From Octopus vulgaris (Eukaryota): a DNA stretch of 64,000 nt. How positions within the stretch are numbered: the first letter of the stretch is position 1; every line of letters starts with the position of its first letter. The notes under the pieces were generated by a model. That model worked only from the letters and a program-made list of their open reading frames with translations. It ran no database searches and was not told where the DNA came from. The stretch lies in the NCBI GenBank assembly GCA_951406725.2, contig OX597840.1, positions 33,728,001-33,792,000 of the forward strand. The letters are read 5' to 3'. Positions 1 through 12,469 of the stretch are shown one piece after another. A program made the translations under genes and the position numbers.

Positions 1-1296
1 TAGACGGAAACTGAAAGAAGCCCATCGTATATATGTATATATATATATATGTATGTGTGTTTGTGTGTCTGTGTTTGTCCCCCTAGCATTGCTTGACAAC
101 CGGTGCTGGTGTGTTTATGTCCCCGTAACTTAGCAGTTCAACAAAAGAAACCGATAGAATAAATACTAGGCTTTCAAAGAATAAGTCCTGGGGTCTATCC
201 GTTCGACTAAAGGCGGTGCTCCAGCATGGCCGCAGTCAAATGACTGAAACAAGTAAAAGAGTAAAGAGAGTAAATAAAGGAGTAGCAATTTCTATTTTTG
301 AAACAGAAAAAAAATACAACAAAAATATTTTGGTCAAAGCCCCTTAAGCAGGAGTGTGGGAGAGAGAGAGGGTGGTGGCAAAATGCCAGGCATAATCCCA
401 AGGGGTGGGGGCAGAAATATAACTGGGATGGTCAAGTGAAAGAGAAGAGAGATGGTCACAAGTGCCAGGGCATACCCTTGAGGTAAACACACACACACAC
501 ACGTTTATATTTTATTTAGGGTGCAATGGCCCAGTGGTTAGGGCAGCGGACTCACGGTCGGCGGATCGCGGTTTCGATTCCCAGACCGGGCGTTGTTTGT
601 GTTTATTGAGCAAAAACACCTAAAGTGCCACAAGGCTCCAGCAGGGGGTGGTGTCGACCCCTGTTGTACTCTTTCACTCCAACTTTCTCTCACTCTTTCT
701 TCCTGTTTCTTGTCCCCGACTTCCTACGCAACCACTGAGCCTGGATGCACATTCATCCATCCGTCGATGCTCTCGGGTGTCGGGAGGGGGGGGGGGGTGA
801 CCTGCTTTCTCTTCTGCGGGTCTTACGAATAGCAAAGGACCATGTTTCGGACTTCTCCCACTGGGCGAAGACCGATACGCTCAACAGCAACACCAACAGC
901 AGCAACAACAGTAGAGGTGCAATGGCCCAATAGTTAGGGCAGCAGACTCGCGGTCAGAGGATTGCGGTTTCGATTCCCAGACCGGGCGTTGTGTGTGTTT
1001 ATTGAGCAAAAACACCTAAAGCTCCACGAGGCTCAGGCAGGGGGGTGGGGGTGGCGATCCCTGTTGTACTCTTTCACTCCAACTTTCTCTCACTCTTTCT
1101 TCCTGCTTTCTCTTCTGCGGGTCTTACGAATAGCAAAGGACCACGTTTTGGACTTCTCCCACAACAGACAATTTTGAGGCGCGATCTTGCGAGCTCTGGG
1201 ACGAAGACCGCTTCTCTCAACAAACAAACAAACAAACAAACAAGCAGCGACGACAGGTGAGATTACAGGTGTAAAATGTATGAAACATGTACTCAC

Positions 1297-1430
1297 TCGT
1301 TAGCGACCTGAACTAAATCTTCTTTGGTGGTTGCAAATATTCGGTCTCTGTTTACCTGTCGTAATGCATCGGTTAAATCATGAAGGTAATACGCAAGTCC
1401 TTTGGAACTGGGTGGAACTGGTTTATCAAT
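1297..1430 (-). CDS. PITRM1: PITRM1 exon 26 (penultimate; terminal exon outside window)
   Basis: [44 protein letters not shown], then GA|GTGAGT donor. Confidence 0.92.
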
Positions 1431-3820
1431 CTGCAAACAGAACAAAGAAGAACGTTACTATTATTACTGAGAATCCAGTGCAGGTGGGTAGGACAGGTTG
1501 TTCAAAGAAAAAATGACCATATTCCAATAATTTGTTTTGTATGGCCAAACAGAAGGTCGCCCTACGATCCAATGTAAGCACAGCAGATCGCAGGACGACC
1601 TGCTGAGCTTGAGGAGACCTATGGAGTCAAGTACATCAACATCAAAATAAATATCAAATGGAAATTGCAGTTGCGATCCCCATGCCAGTGGCATGTAAAA
1701 AGCACCATCCGAACGTGGACGATGCCAGCCCCGCCTTGACTGGCTTCCATGCCAGTAGCATGTAAAAAGCACCAACTGATCATGGCCGTTTGCCAGCCTC
1801 CTCAGGCCCCTGTGCTGGTGGCACATAAAAAGTACCCACTACACTCACAGAGTGGTTGGCGTTAGGAAGGGCATCCAGCTGTAGAAACACTGCCAGATCA
1901 GACTGGGCCTGATGCAGCCTCCTGGCTTCCCAGACCCTGGTCAAACTGTCAAACCCATGCTAGCATGGAAAACGGATGTTAAATGATGATGATGATGAAC
2001 AAGGGGAGGGATATCTATTTCTTTACTGCCCACAAGGGGCTAAGCATAGAGGGGACAAACAAGGACAGACAAAGAGATTAAGTCAATTACATCGACACCG
2101 ATGCGAAACTGGTACTTAACCACGCACCCATGGCTCTACATTTAACAATATTTCAATCTGTCTCACTCACAACTGACCTGGGGCTAAACAGCAGCAGCAG
2201 CTATAAGAATAAGGGCAACAACAATTATAGCAACCACAAGGCATCACTGACCTGTTGAAAGCAAGAAATTTTGGCTTCGTTAACATGTTCATCTGTAAAC
2301 TGACCGCTCACGGCCCACTCTATGGCCCGGTCAAATACATCCAACGTTTGTAAGGAGTTCGGGTCGCTGAAACAGAAAAAGAGAACATTATATTAGGGGT
2401 GGTGGGGATTTTCGGTAGGTAGGTAAGTGGGTGGGTGGTGGGTAGGAAGGAAAGAGGGAGGGAGGGAGGGAAGGAAGGAAGGAAGGAAGAGAGGAGAGGA
2501 GGAGAATGGGAGGAGGAGGAGGAGAGAAAAAGGAGAGGAAGAGGAGGAGAAGAAGAGGAGAGGAAGAGGAGAAGGAGAGGAGGAAGAGGAGAAGGAGAGG
2601 AGGAAGAGGAGAAGGAGAGGAGGAAGAGGAGAAGGAGAGTAGTAGGAGGAGGAGGAGGAGAGTAGTAGTAGTAGGAGGAGGAGGAGAGTAGTAGTAGGAG
2701 GAGGAGGAGGGAGAGGGGGTATGGGAGGGACAAATAAGAGAAAGTAATTTTTGATGGAGGATAATGACAGTAACAGTAGAGGGATGATGGCAGTAGTGGT
2801 GGTGGTACTGATAGTGGTGTTATAGTGAAGACACATGGCTTAGTGGCCAGGATATTCAGTTCACAGTTGTAAGGTCATGAGTTCAATTCCCAGTAGTAAG
2901 TATTGTGTTGTGTCCTTGAGCCAGACACTTCATTTCACTTTGCTCCAGTCCACTCAGCTGGAAAAAATAAATTGTACCTGTATTTCAAAGGGTCCAGCCC
3001 TGTCACACTCTGTGTCACGCTGAATCTCCCTGAGAACTACGTCAAGGGTCCACGGGTCTGTGGAGTACTCAGCCACTTGCACGTTAATTTCACGAGCAGG
3101 CCGTTCCATGGGATCGAGGGGTACATTTGTCTTCATAATCAATGAAGTGCTAATAATGGAAGGGTGGAGGGGGCTGTTCGTGATGGTGGAGTTGGTGGTA
3201 ATGGTTATTGGTGGTGGGGGTAAGACGGTAGGGGTGGAAACTGGTAGTGATGGCAACAATGGTAAAATGGTAACGATAGTAGTAGTGGTAGCAGTGATGA
3301 TGATGATGATGAAGGTGGTGATGGTAATAGTGATGATGATTATGATGCTAATGTTGATGGCAGTGATGATGATGGTGATTACATAGAATAAAAAACTCAC
3401 CGATATGAAAAGAAGTTGAAAGTGTTGTCACCGCTTAAGGCGCCGCTTCCATAGGCTCCACCTTTCTCTCTACAAAAGAAATCAAAACAGCAAATGTACA
3501 TACATACATATATATATCTATGTATATATACATACATATATATATACATACATATATATAAATACACACATATATATATATATATACATATATATGCATA
3601 TATATATGTATATATATACTCTTTTACTTGTTTCAGTCATTTGACTGCGGCCATGCTGGAGCACCGCCTTTAGTCGAGCAAATCGACCCCGGGACTTATT
3701 CTTTGTAAGCCCAGCACTTATTCTATCGGTCTCTTTTGCCGAACTGCTAAGTGACAGGGACGTAAACACACCAGCATCGGTTATCAAGCGATGTTGGATG
3801 GGACAAACACAGACACACAA

Positions 3821-3887
<67 letters not shown>

Positions 3888-5291
3888 TACATTTATCTCT
3901 TACATGTGTGTGTGTGTGTACACACACACATGCAAAATGAAATATTTTACAAACCTGATTTCTCTGTGCAAAAATTTGGATGAGAGGATTTTGGCAAGGA
4001 TTGTTAATCTATAAATAAAGAAAATAAAAAGATGTTGCTGAATACATACATGATATTAAAAACACATATTTTAATTATATATTTTACAATTTTTAAGCTC
4101 TCTTCAATATTTTTATAAAAGCCACTTAAACTGAGAATGTGATTTAGTCTAAAAAAAAGGGTTTTGAGCTTAAGAGAGCTTTTCAAGCTGAAAGTGAGGT
4201 TATCTGAGAAAATGGTTAGAGCTGAGAAAATAATTTTAACTGAGAAAGTAATTTTAGTTGAGAAAGTGTCTTGAGTAAAGAAATTGATTTGAGATGAGAT
4301 AATAGTTTCAGATGAGAAAGTGATCTGAGCTGTGAAAGTGTTTTGAATAAAGAAAATGAGATGAGAAAAAGATTTGAGCTGAGAAAGGATTTGAGCTGAG
4401 AAAGGATTTGAGCTGAGAAAAGGATTTGAGCTGAGAAAGTGATCTGAGCTGAGAAGGTGTTTTGAATAAAGAAAATGATATGAGCTGAGAAAAGGGATTT
4501 GAGCTGAGAAAAAGATTTGAGCTGAGAAAATATTTTCAGTAAAAAAAAAAAATGATTTGAGCTGAGAAAAGGATTTGGGCAGAGAAAGTATTTTCAGTAA
4601 AAACAAAATGATTTGAGCTGAGAAAAGGATTTGAGCTGAGAAAAAGATTTGAGCTGACAAAGCATTTTCAGTAAAAAAAAATGATTTGAGCTGAGAAAAG
4701 GATTTGTGCGGAGAAAGTATTTTCAGTAAAGAAAATGATTTGAGCTGAGAAAGTACTTTGAGTAAAGAAAATTATTTGAGCTGAGAAAAGGATTTGGGCT
4801 GAGAAAAAGATTTGGGCTGAGAAAAGAATTTGTGCTGAGAAAGTATTTTCAGTATAGAAAGAGCAGATGACAAAGAATGAAAAGAGAATGGAGGAAGGAA
4901 AGAAAGGAGGGAAAGAAGAAAAACAAGAGGGAAGTAAGGAAAGAAGAAAGAAGCGACAAAGAACGCTGCAGAAGCAGTGGTAGCAGACGACACCCCACTC
5001 AACACACCACCTCATCCTCATGCTAATTCTCCTCCCCCTCCCCCCTCCCCCCTCCACCCCTGCCTACCTTGAACTGTCAGGATGGGTGTACCGAACACTT
5101 GGCACCGACATGGAGACGTAATTCACCGTGAACGGTAACTCGATGTGGGTCTGTTTTGAGTGCGGTTGGAATTTGGAATCCTGCAAGAAACAAAAGAATG
5201 AAGACATTAGGAAGATCATGGAACCAACACGGAGATAGTCAGGGTACTTACCAACCATATTTACTTGTGTGCATATATATATATATATATG

Positions 5292-5322
<31 letters not shown>

Positions 5323-5546
5323 ATATAAAGTTAATCCAAACATGGAAACACAAAGAGAAAACACAACAACGCGAGGATGTGGAACAAATATAGTATTATT
5401 GGACGCTCAGGAATGAAGGAGGGTTTAACGTTTCGAGCGGAGCTTTTCGTCGGAAACATAGAAAAAGGAAAGAACCAAGGAAGGGAAGACAGAGGGAAAA
5501 AAATCGCCAACGGTACACACGCGGTCACATTTTGAATCATGTGTGT

Positions 5547-5586
<40 letters not shown>

Positions 5587-8500
5587 TACCCTTTGGCAAA
5601 TAAATTACTCTCTGAAATGTAATGCTTATTAATTCACATTGTTTTGGATTAACCACGGATTATCTTGAAGGATCAAGATTTCAATGGTTTGATAGTCTAT
5701 TATTTTCAGAATGACATTGTAGGGTAGGTGTGAGAGTGGATGAGGAGAGGAAAGAGATGAGAGAGAGGAGTACAAGGGAGACGGGAGACGGAGATGAGAA
5801 AAGGAGGAAAAGGGGAAAGGGAAGAGAAGGGGGAGACGGCAGACAGGAGAGAGGGGGAGTGAGTGGGAAGAGAGGGAGAAAGAGAGGGTGAAAAATAGAG
5901 GGGGGAATAGACCAATATACTTACATTGACGAGAACTCTTTCTCTAGAGAATTCCTGCGACAAAGGCTGCAAGAATGTGTCTAGTTTGTGGACAGTGGAT
6001 TCCATTGCTTCTTCAGTAGCATTCACAGAAACACTGAAAGTAAGAATAAGACAATAACCCCAAAATTAAGGCTTTTAGATACTCAAACATTAAACTATGT
6101 AACACCATTTTTATTCTTATTTTTTTTTTGTCTTTGGTCAGAAAGTGTTATTTCCTATTTATTTCTGCCAAAAAATGAAAGAAAATCACAACTGTTCCCT
6201 TCAAAGTTTGCTTTTGTCTATTGGACATCAATGTTTAGAAACTGATCTATTTTCCATTACATTTCGGATAGATTCAGCTCTGAGTTGCTGCAGCAGAAAT
6301 ATCGTTATAGCAAATATTCTGCTCAACAAAACAGATTTGTTTGTTGTCTTTGGTCAGTGAGTGTTATTTCCTATTTGCTTCTGTTTAGAAATCAAAGGAA
6401 ATGACTGCTATTCCCTTCACATTTTGCTTTTGTCTCTTGGACATCAATGTTTTGAAACTGGTCTATTTTCCATTACATTTTAGACAAATTCAGCGCTGAG
6501 CTGCTGAATCAGAAATATCGTTATAACAAATATTCTGCTCAATACAACAGCTATACTCGTCAGTTGCATGACCATAACCAGTTGAGCATGTCCCTTAGTG
6601 GTTGACAATATGAGCATCATTGATGATGAGCAGAAGTAGTTGGGGAGCATCATAGTTGTGTGTTGAGAGGGATTCTTTGGGGTTTGAATAAATGAAAGAA
6701 AAGCAAAGGTTGAAGGAAATATTAGCTATTTTTCGTACATTCTAGTACAGGTGTTTTGTTATAGAGGAGATGTACGGCTGAAGGAGATAAAAGGAAGGTA
6801 GTGATGGGAGTGCTAGAGCAAATTCTCAAGAACAAGGTACAAGATACAAGGTACAAGATACAAGGTACAAGAAGGTGAGCGTGAAAGAGAATATGGACCG
6901 AAGACCACCAGAAGAGATGAAAGAGTTTGTGTGTGTGTTTTATCTTTTATTTGTTTCAGCTATAGTAACCATACCAAAGTAGACATGGAGACATGATGCA
7001 GTACTTGGACACATCAGATCAGTGGTTAAACTATCCAATCCATGCCAGCATGGAACATAAATGTTAAAAGATAATGATGATGATGATTGTTGACGGGTAA
7101 GGGTGATTTCACTGCATCCGTTCTGTGGGTTGGGAGACATCTGGCAGGTCAGGAGCGGAAGTTCACTTTTCCCAGATCTGAAGGACAAGGAGAGGATCAC
7201 TGGCCAGAGCGTCTGGGATCGGGTTGGCATTTGCGGCGGGCAATGGATCCGTGGACAGTCGTAGATGACATGCTCAGCTGTCTCCTCTCCCTCTCCACAC
7301 TTTCTTATTTCTTTACTACCCACAAGGGGCTACACACAGAGGGGACAAACAAGCGGATTAAGTCGATTATATCAACCCCAGTGCGTAACTGGTACTTATT
7401 TAATCAACCCCGCAAGGATGAAAGGCAAAGTCGACCTCGGTAGAATTTGAACTCAGATTCTGTCTATGGCTTGGTTGATCTTGTAGAGCCAGTACTTGAG
7501 GTCCAGGTGATGACCACTTCTAAGTCGGCTGAGTGTTACCTGCTGCTGCCTGGTTAGAGATGAATCAATGGTTCTGCTCACTTTCTCTCCATGGTCCTCT
7601 TGACTCTTTCGTGTTTGAAGGGAGGTGGTTTAAGGGCCTGACGGATCGCTGCTTTCGCTGCATTATAGTGGTGGTGGGCTGTTGACTGGTCCCATTCCAT
7701 GCCGGCTTTGGCTTTCTTATCTGCCAAGTCGTTGCCAGGGATTCTGCAATGACTAGGGCACCAGGTGAAGGTTATCTGGCACCTGTTGTCACTGAGGTTT
7801 GAAAAGATGATGATGAGAGAGAGGGAGAAAGAGAGAGAGAAAGAGAGAGGGAGAGAGAGAGGTAGAAAGAGAGAGAGAGGGAAAAAAAGAGAAAGAGAGA
7901 GGGGGAGAGAGATACCTGTAATTAGCAGATGGATTCTAAAGACATGAAATGAAAAAGATGTCATTTCAATAGATTCAGATGAAAAAAAAAAATAATAATT
8001 ACCGAACATTTTTGAAGTTTAAGACATGGCCAGCTATTTGCTCCAGCTTAGCCACAACCTCATCAACATCGTCAAGCTCAGCCAGCGTCTTCATCATGTT
8101 CACCTGTATTAAAGTACAGCAAAGGAGTACCAATAGTAAAAAAAGGAAAAAAAGAGAAGCAAATGAGAGAACTTAAACAAAGAAAAAAAACTGGAAAGCA
8201 TTCATATATTTTTCTTGGGTGGGTCATTATGCCAATAATTAACACACACACTGGTTCTATTTCACTTCCTTTATTATTAGTAATCAATTAATTAATCATT
8301 TAACCAATTAACAAATCATTAAAATTGATTAATTATTCAGTCAATCAATCAGCGAGATTAGTCCTTTCTTTACCATTCATATTTAATCGCATTTGTGGTG
8401 GCATTATGGTGGTGGTGGTGGTGGTGGGAAGAGCCTCTGGCTACAGAATATCAGCCCCTACAAAATCCGTTCCAAACCCAAGTGAGCACGGACAAGGGGA

Positions 8501-9420
8501 CATTAAAACAATGACGATGATAACGGTGCATACAGGCACAGAACATATACTGCAAAGCAATCTACCTGCCATCCTAGGAACTTGACCAGGGTTTGAGAGA
8601 CACAGCTAAAAATCATGAATTTTAGTCCTTAACCCTTTAACATACAGACTACTCCATCAAATATAATTCTTATTTATTCACTACAAGCAAGATCGTGGCC
8701 AGAGCAACAAGCTGGCCTCTGTGCTGGTGGCACGCAAAAGGCACCATTCGAGCGTGATCGTTACCTGCATCGCCTTACTAGCACTTGTGCCGGTGGCAAA
8801 TGAAAAAACATTCGAGCGAGGTCGTTGCAGCTTGCCACCTAATAGTAGTAGTAGTAATAGGCGCACACCAGAAAAGGTCAAGGAAAACGAGAAAGCAACC
8901 AGACTCTGGGATTTGCCAATACACACAGATAGAGAAATTAAGGCCAATAGGCCAGATATAGTTGTCAGAGATCATGAAGAAAAAAAATGCTTTCTAATTG
9001 ATGTATTAATACCAGCAGATGACAACGTTTCTCTAAAAGAAATGGAGAAACTTTCAAAATACAAAGACCTGGAAATAGAGGTAACCAGAATGTGGAATCT
9101 AAAAACAGAAACAATTCCAATCATAATAGTCGCATTAGGTATGATAAAAAATATTCAGACAAATGCATAACAAAAACACCAGGACTTACAAACACATATA
9201 ACATACAGAAAATTGCACTACTAGGCACTGCACACATCCTACGCAGAACACTTTCCATACAGTAACCATCAGAGCATCACAACAAATCACAGCACATACC
9301 CAAGGCACACAGAGCTGCGCTCGGTAGTGAAGTGAAAGCACGCTATAAAAATAAAACTACTGAATAATAATAATAATAGTAATAATAATAGTAATATTAA
9401 TAATAATAATAATAATAATA

Positions 9421-9451
<31 letters not shown>

Positions 9452-9597
9452 TAGTAATAATATTAATAATAATAGTAATAATAATAATATGATGGTATGC
9501 ACTGCTCTCTCACTCAATAATAATAATAATAATAATAGTAATAATAATAATAATAATAATAGTAATAATAATAATAATAATAATAGTAATAATAATA

Positions 9598-9628
<31 letters not shown>

Positions 9629-10201
9629 TAGTAATAATAATAGTAATAATAATAATAGTAGTACCAGGCAGTGGCTCTCATGGCTTCTGATCTTAACTGA
9701 TTGGAAGTGTTATCATGTACATTGTTTTGTCTTGGTATAAAAGATGGGCTACAGCAAATATTCTGCTCAATACCACAGATTTGCTTGTCAGTTGTTTGAC
9801 CTTAACCAGTTGAGCATGTCCCTTAGTGGCTGACGATATGTGCATCTCTGATCACGAGCAGAAGTAGTGGGGGAGCATCATAGCCATGTGTTGAGAGGGA
9901 TTCTTTGGGGTTTGAATAGTTCGCCTCTGGAAACATGGGTGGTTCTTTCAACATCCTTAAACAATCCTTATTCATGAATTTTGAGTGAGATGGGCTACTC
10001 AACCTGAAGAAAATTCTAACTGGGCCCCACCTGCAAGGTCATGTGCTGTTTATCTTGATATGAGATCACCATGTCGCGCACATATGGTTGTGATGCATGT
10101 GCCTGGTGTACCTTTATCAGACGGGTAGTCATGATGGGTATATTGGGCTTCGTATATTTTACCCCAGTGTCACCTTGATGGCATGAACTGCTCTCTCACT
10201 C

Positions 10202-10247
<46 letters not shown>

Positions 10248-12435
10248 GTAATAATAATAATAATAATAATAATCCTTTCTACTATAGGCACAAGGCCTGA
10301 AATTGTGAAGAAGGGGACAAGTTGATTACATTGGCCCCAGAGTTTCACTGGTACTTAATTTGCTAATTACCCTTTAGCTGGGACCCTAAAAGATGCGACT
10401 ACACCTAGTCAGAGTAGACTTAGGAACAATAGTGGCTTAGAGGTGATTCTACACTCGCTCTGCAAAACCAGGGCCCCACAAACCGATGCCGTTAAAAGTC
10501 ATACACAGGACTAACAACTAACTTAGCAAAGCAGGTGAAACAGGTATGTGGACTGAGTGACTTACCTGAGTTACTCCAGAGAAAAGTTCCTTCCACTGGG
10601 CCGAAGGAGAAAGAGTTGAGGATGCCTGGCCCATGGCGTACATGTGACCACTGCTGGGGATACTGGAAGCCATGTCAGAGGCAATCATTCGAATCAGGGT
10701 CTTGAGTCGGTCCTTATCAGAGAAATTTGGTCTAGAGGAAGATGGAGAAGGAGAAACTCTCTGAGACTGTTCCTGGTTCTATGAAAAATATTTCCTGTTT
10801 TTAAAATCATCATCGTTCAACGTCCGCTTTCCATGCTAGCATGGGTTGGACGGTTTGACTGAGGGCTGGCGAACCCGGATGGCTGCACCAGACTCCAATC
10901 TTGATCTGGCAGAGTTTCTAAAACTGGATGCCCTTCCTAACGCCAACCACTCTGAAAGTGGGTGCTTTTTATGTGCCACCGGCATGGGGTCCAGTCAGTC
11001 GCTGGACTGCCTCCTGTGCAGGTGGCACATAAAAAACACCATTTCAAGCGTGGCCATTGCCAGTACCACCAGACTGGCCCTCGTGCTGGTGGCACATAAA
11101 AAGCACCCACTGCACTCTCTGAGCGGTTGGCGTTAAGAAGGGCATCCAGCTGTAGAAACTCTGCCCAGATCAAGATTGGAGTCTAGTGCAGCCATCTGGT
11201 TCGCCAGACCTCAATCAAATCATCCAACCCATGCCAGCATGGAAAGCAGACGTTAAATGATGATGATGATGTTCACTCCAGATTAATAATGACAAAGATA
11301 GTTTCCTAAATCCATTATTATTTTCAAAACTAATCAAAACAAAAACTGAATTTCTACAGAAATATGGTAACGAAAAGGCTTAATTCTTTTAATATCAGTC
11401 TGTCCAAGACAGCCTAGAGTTTTATGATGCCAATATGTTGTTCTAAGGGTTTTGTACACTTACCTGGAAATAACATTCTGCCAGAGATCTAGCGTTTTGT
11501 CAAAATTTCTTTCAAGGCTGTGAGAACTCAATCTTATACACTAAAAGAAAAGGGGGGGGAAAAATAGAGAAAAGGTTGAAGGATTATTTCTTCATATTAG
11601 GAATGGTTGTGTGTTTGCAAAGTCTACTTCCTAAACATATGGTTCCAAGTTCAGCCCCACTGCATGGCACCATGGGGCAATTGGCTTCTAATATAGCCCT
11701 GGGCCAGTGGATTTGGTAGGCACAAACTAAAAGAAGTTTGTCATATATATATATATACAAGCAAACCTGCCACCCCCACTGGGGTCAATTCATTTGACCA
11801 AAAATTCTTCAAGATGGTGCCCCAGCATGGTCGCAGTCTCATGACTGGAACAAGTGAAAAGTAAACAAGATGATGGGCTTCTTACAGTTTTCACTTAGCA
11901 AAACCAATCACAAGGCTTTGGTTGACCTAAGCGCTATAGCAGAAAGCACTTACCCAAGGTGTCACATTTTTACACCAAAGATGGGCCCAGCCGATGCTAG
12001 TAGGGTAATAAGAGCACCATTCGAGCGTGATCGTTACCAGTGTCGCCTTACTGGCACTCGAGCCCTGTGCTAGTAGGGTATTAAGAGCACCATCCGAGCG
12101 TGATCATTGCCAGAGCAGCTAACTGGCTTCTGTGCCAGTGGCACGTAAAAGACACCATTCGAGCGTGATCGTTACTAGCGTCGCCTTACTGGCACCTGTG
12201 CCGGTGGCATGTGTAAAAGATTCGAGTGAGGTCGTTGCCAGTACCGCCTGACTGGCCCCCATGCTGGTGGCACGTAAAAGCACCCACTACACTCTCGGAG
12301 TGGTTGGCATTAGGAAGGGCATCCAGCTGTAGAAACTCTGCCAGATCAAGATTGGAGCCTGGTGCAGCCATCTGGTTCGCCAGCCCTCAGTCAAAATCGT
12401 CCAACCCATGCTAGCATGGAAAGCGGATGTTAAAC

Positions 12436-12469
<34 letters not shown>

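Noticed and set aside
520-592. tRNA-like sequences (also 916, 13907, 27777 and 55280-55349 minus strand)
   Set aside because: They have A/B boxes but no complete cloverleaf or acceptor stem and continue into shared SINE bodies
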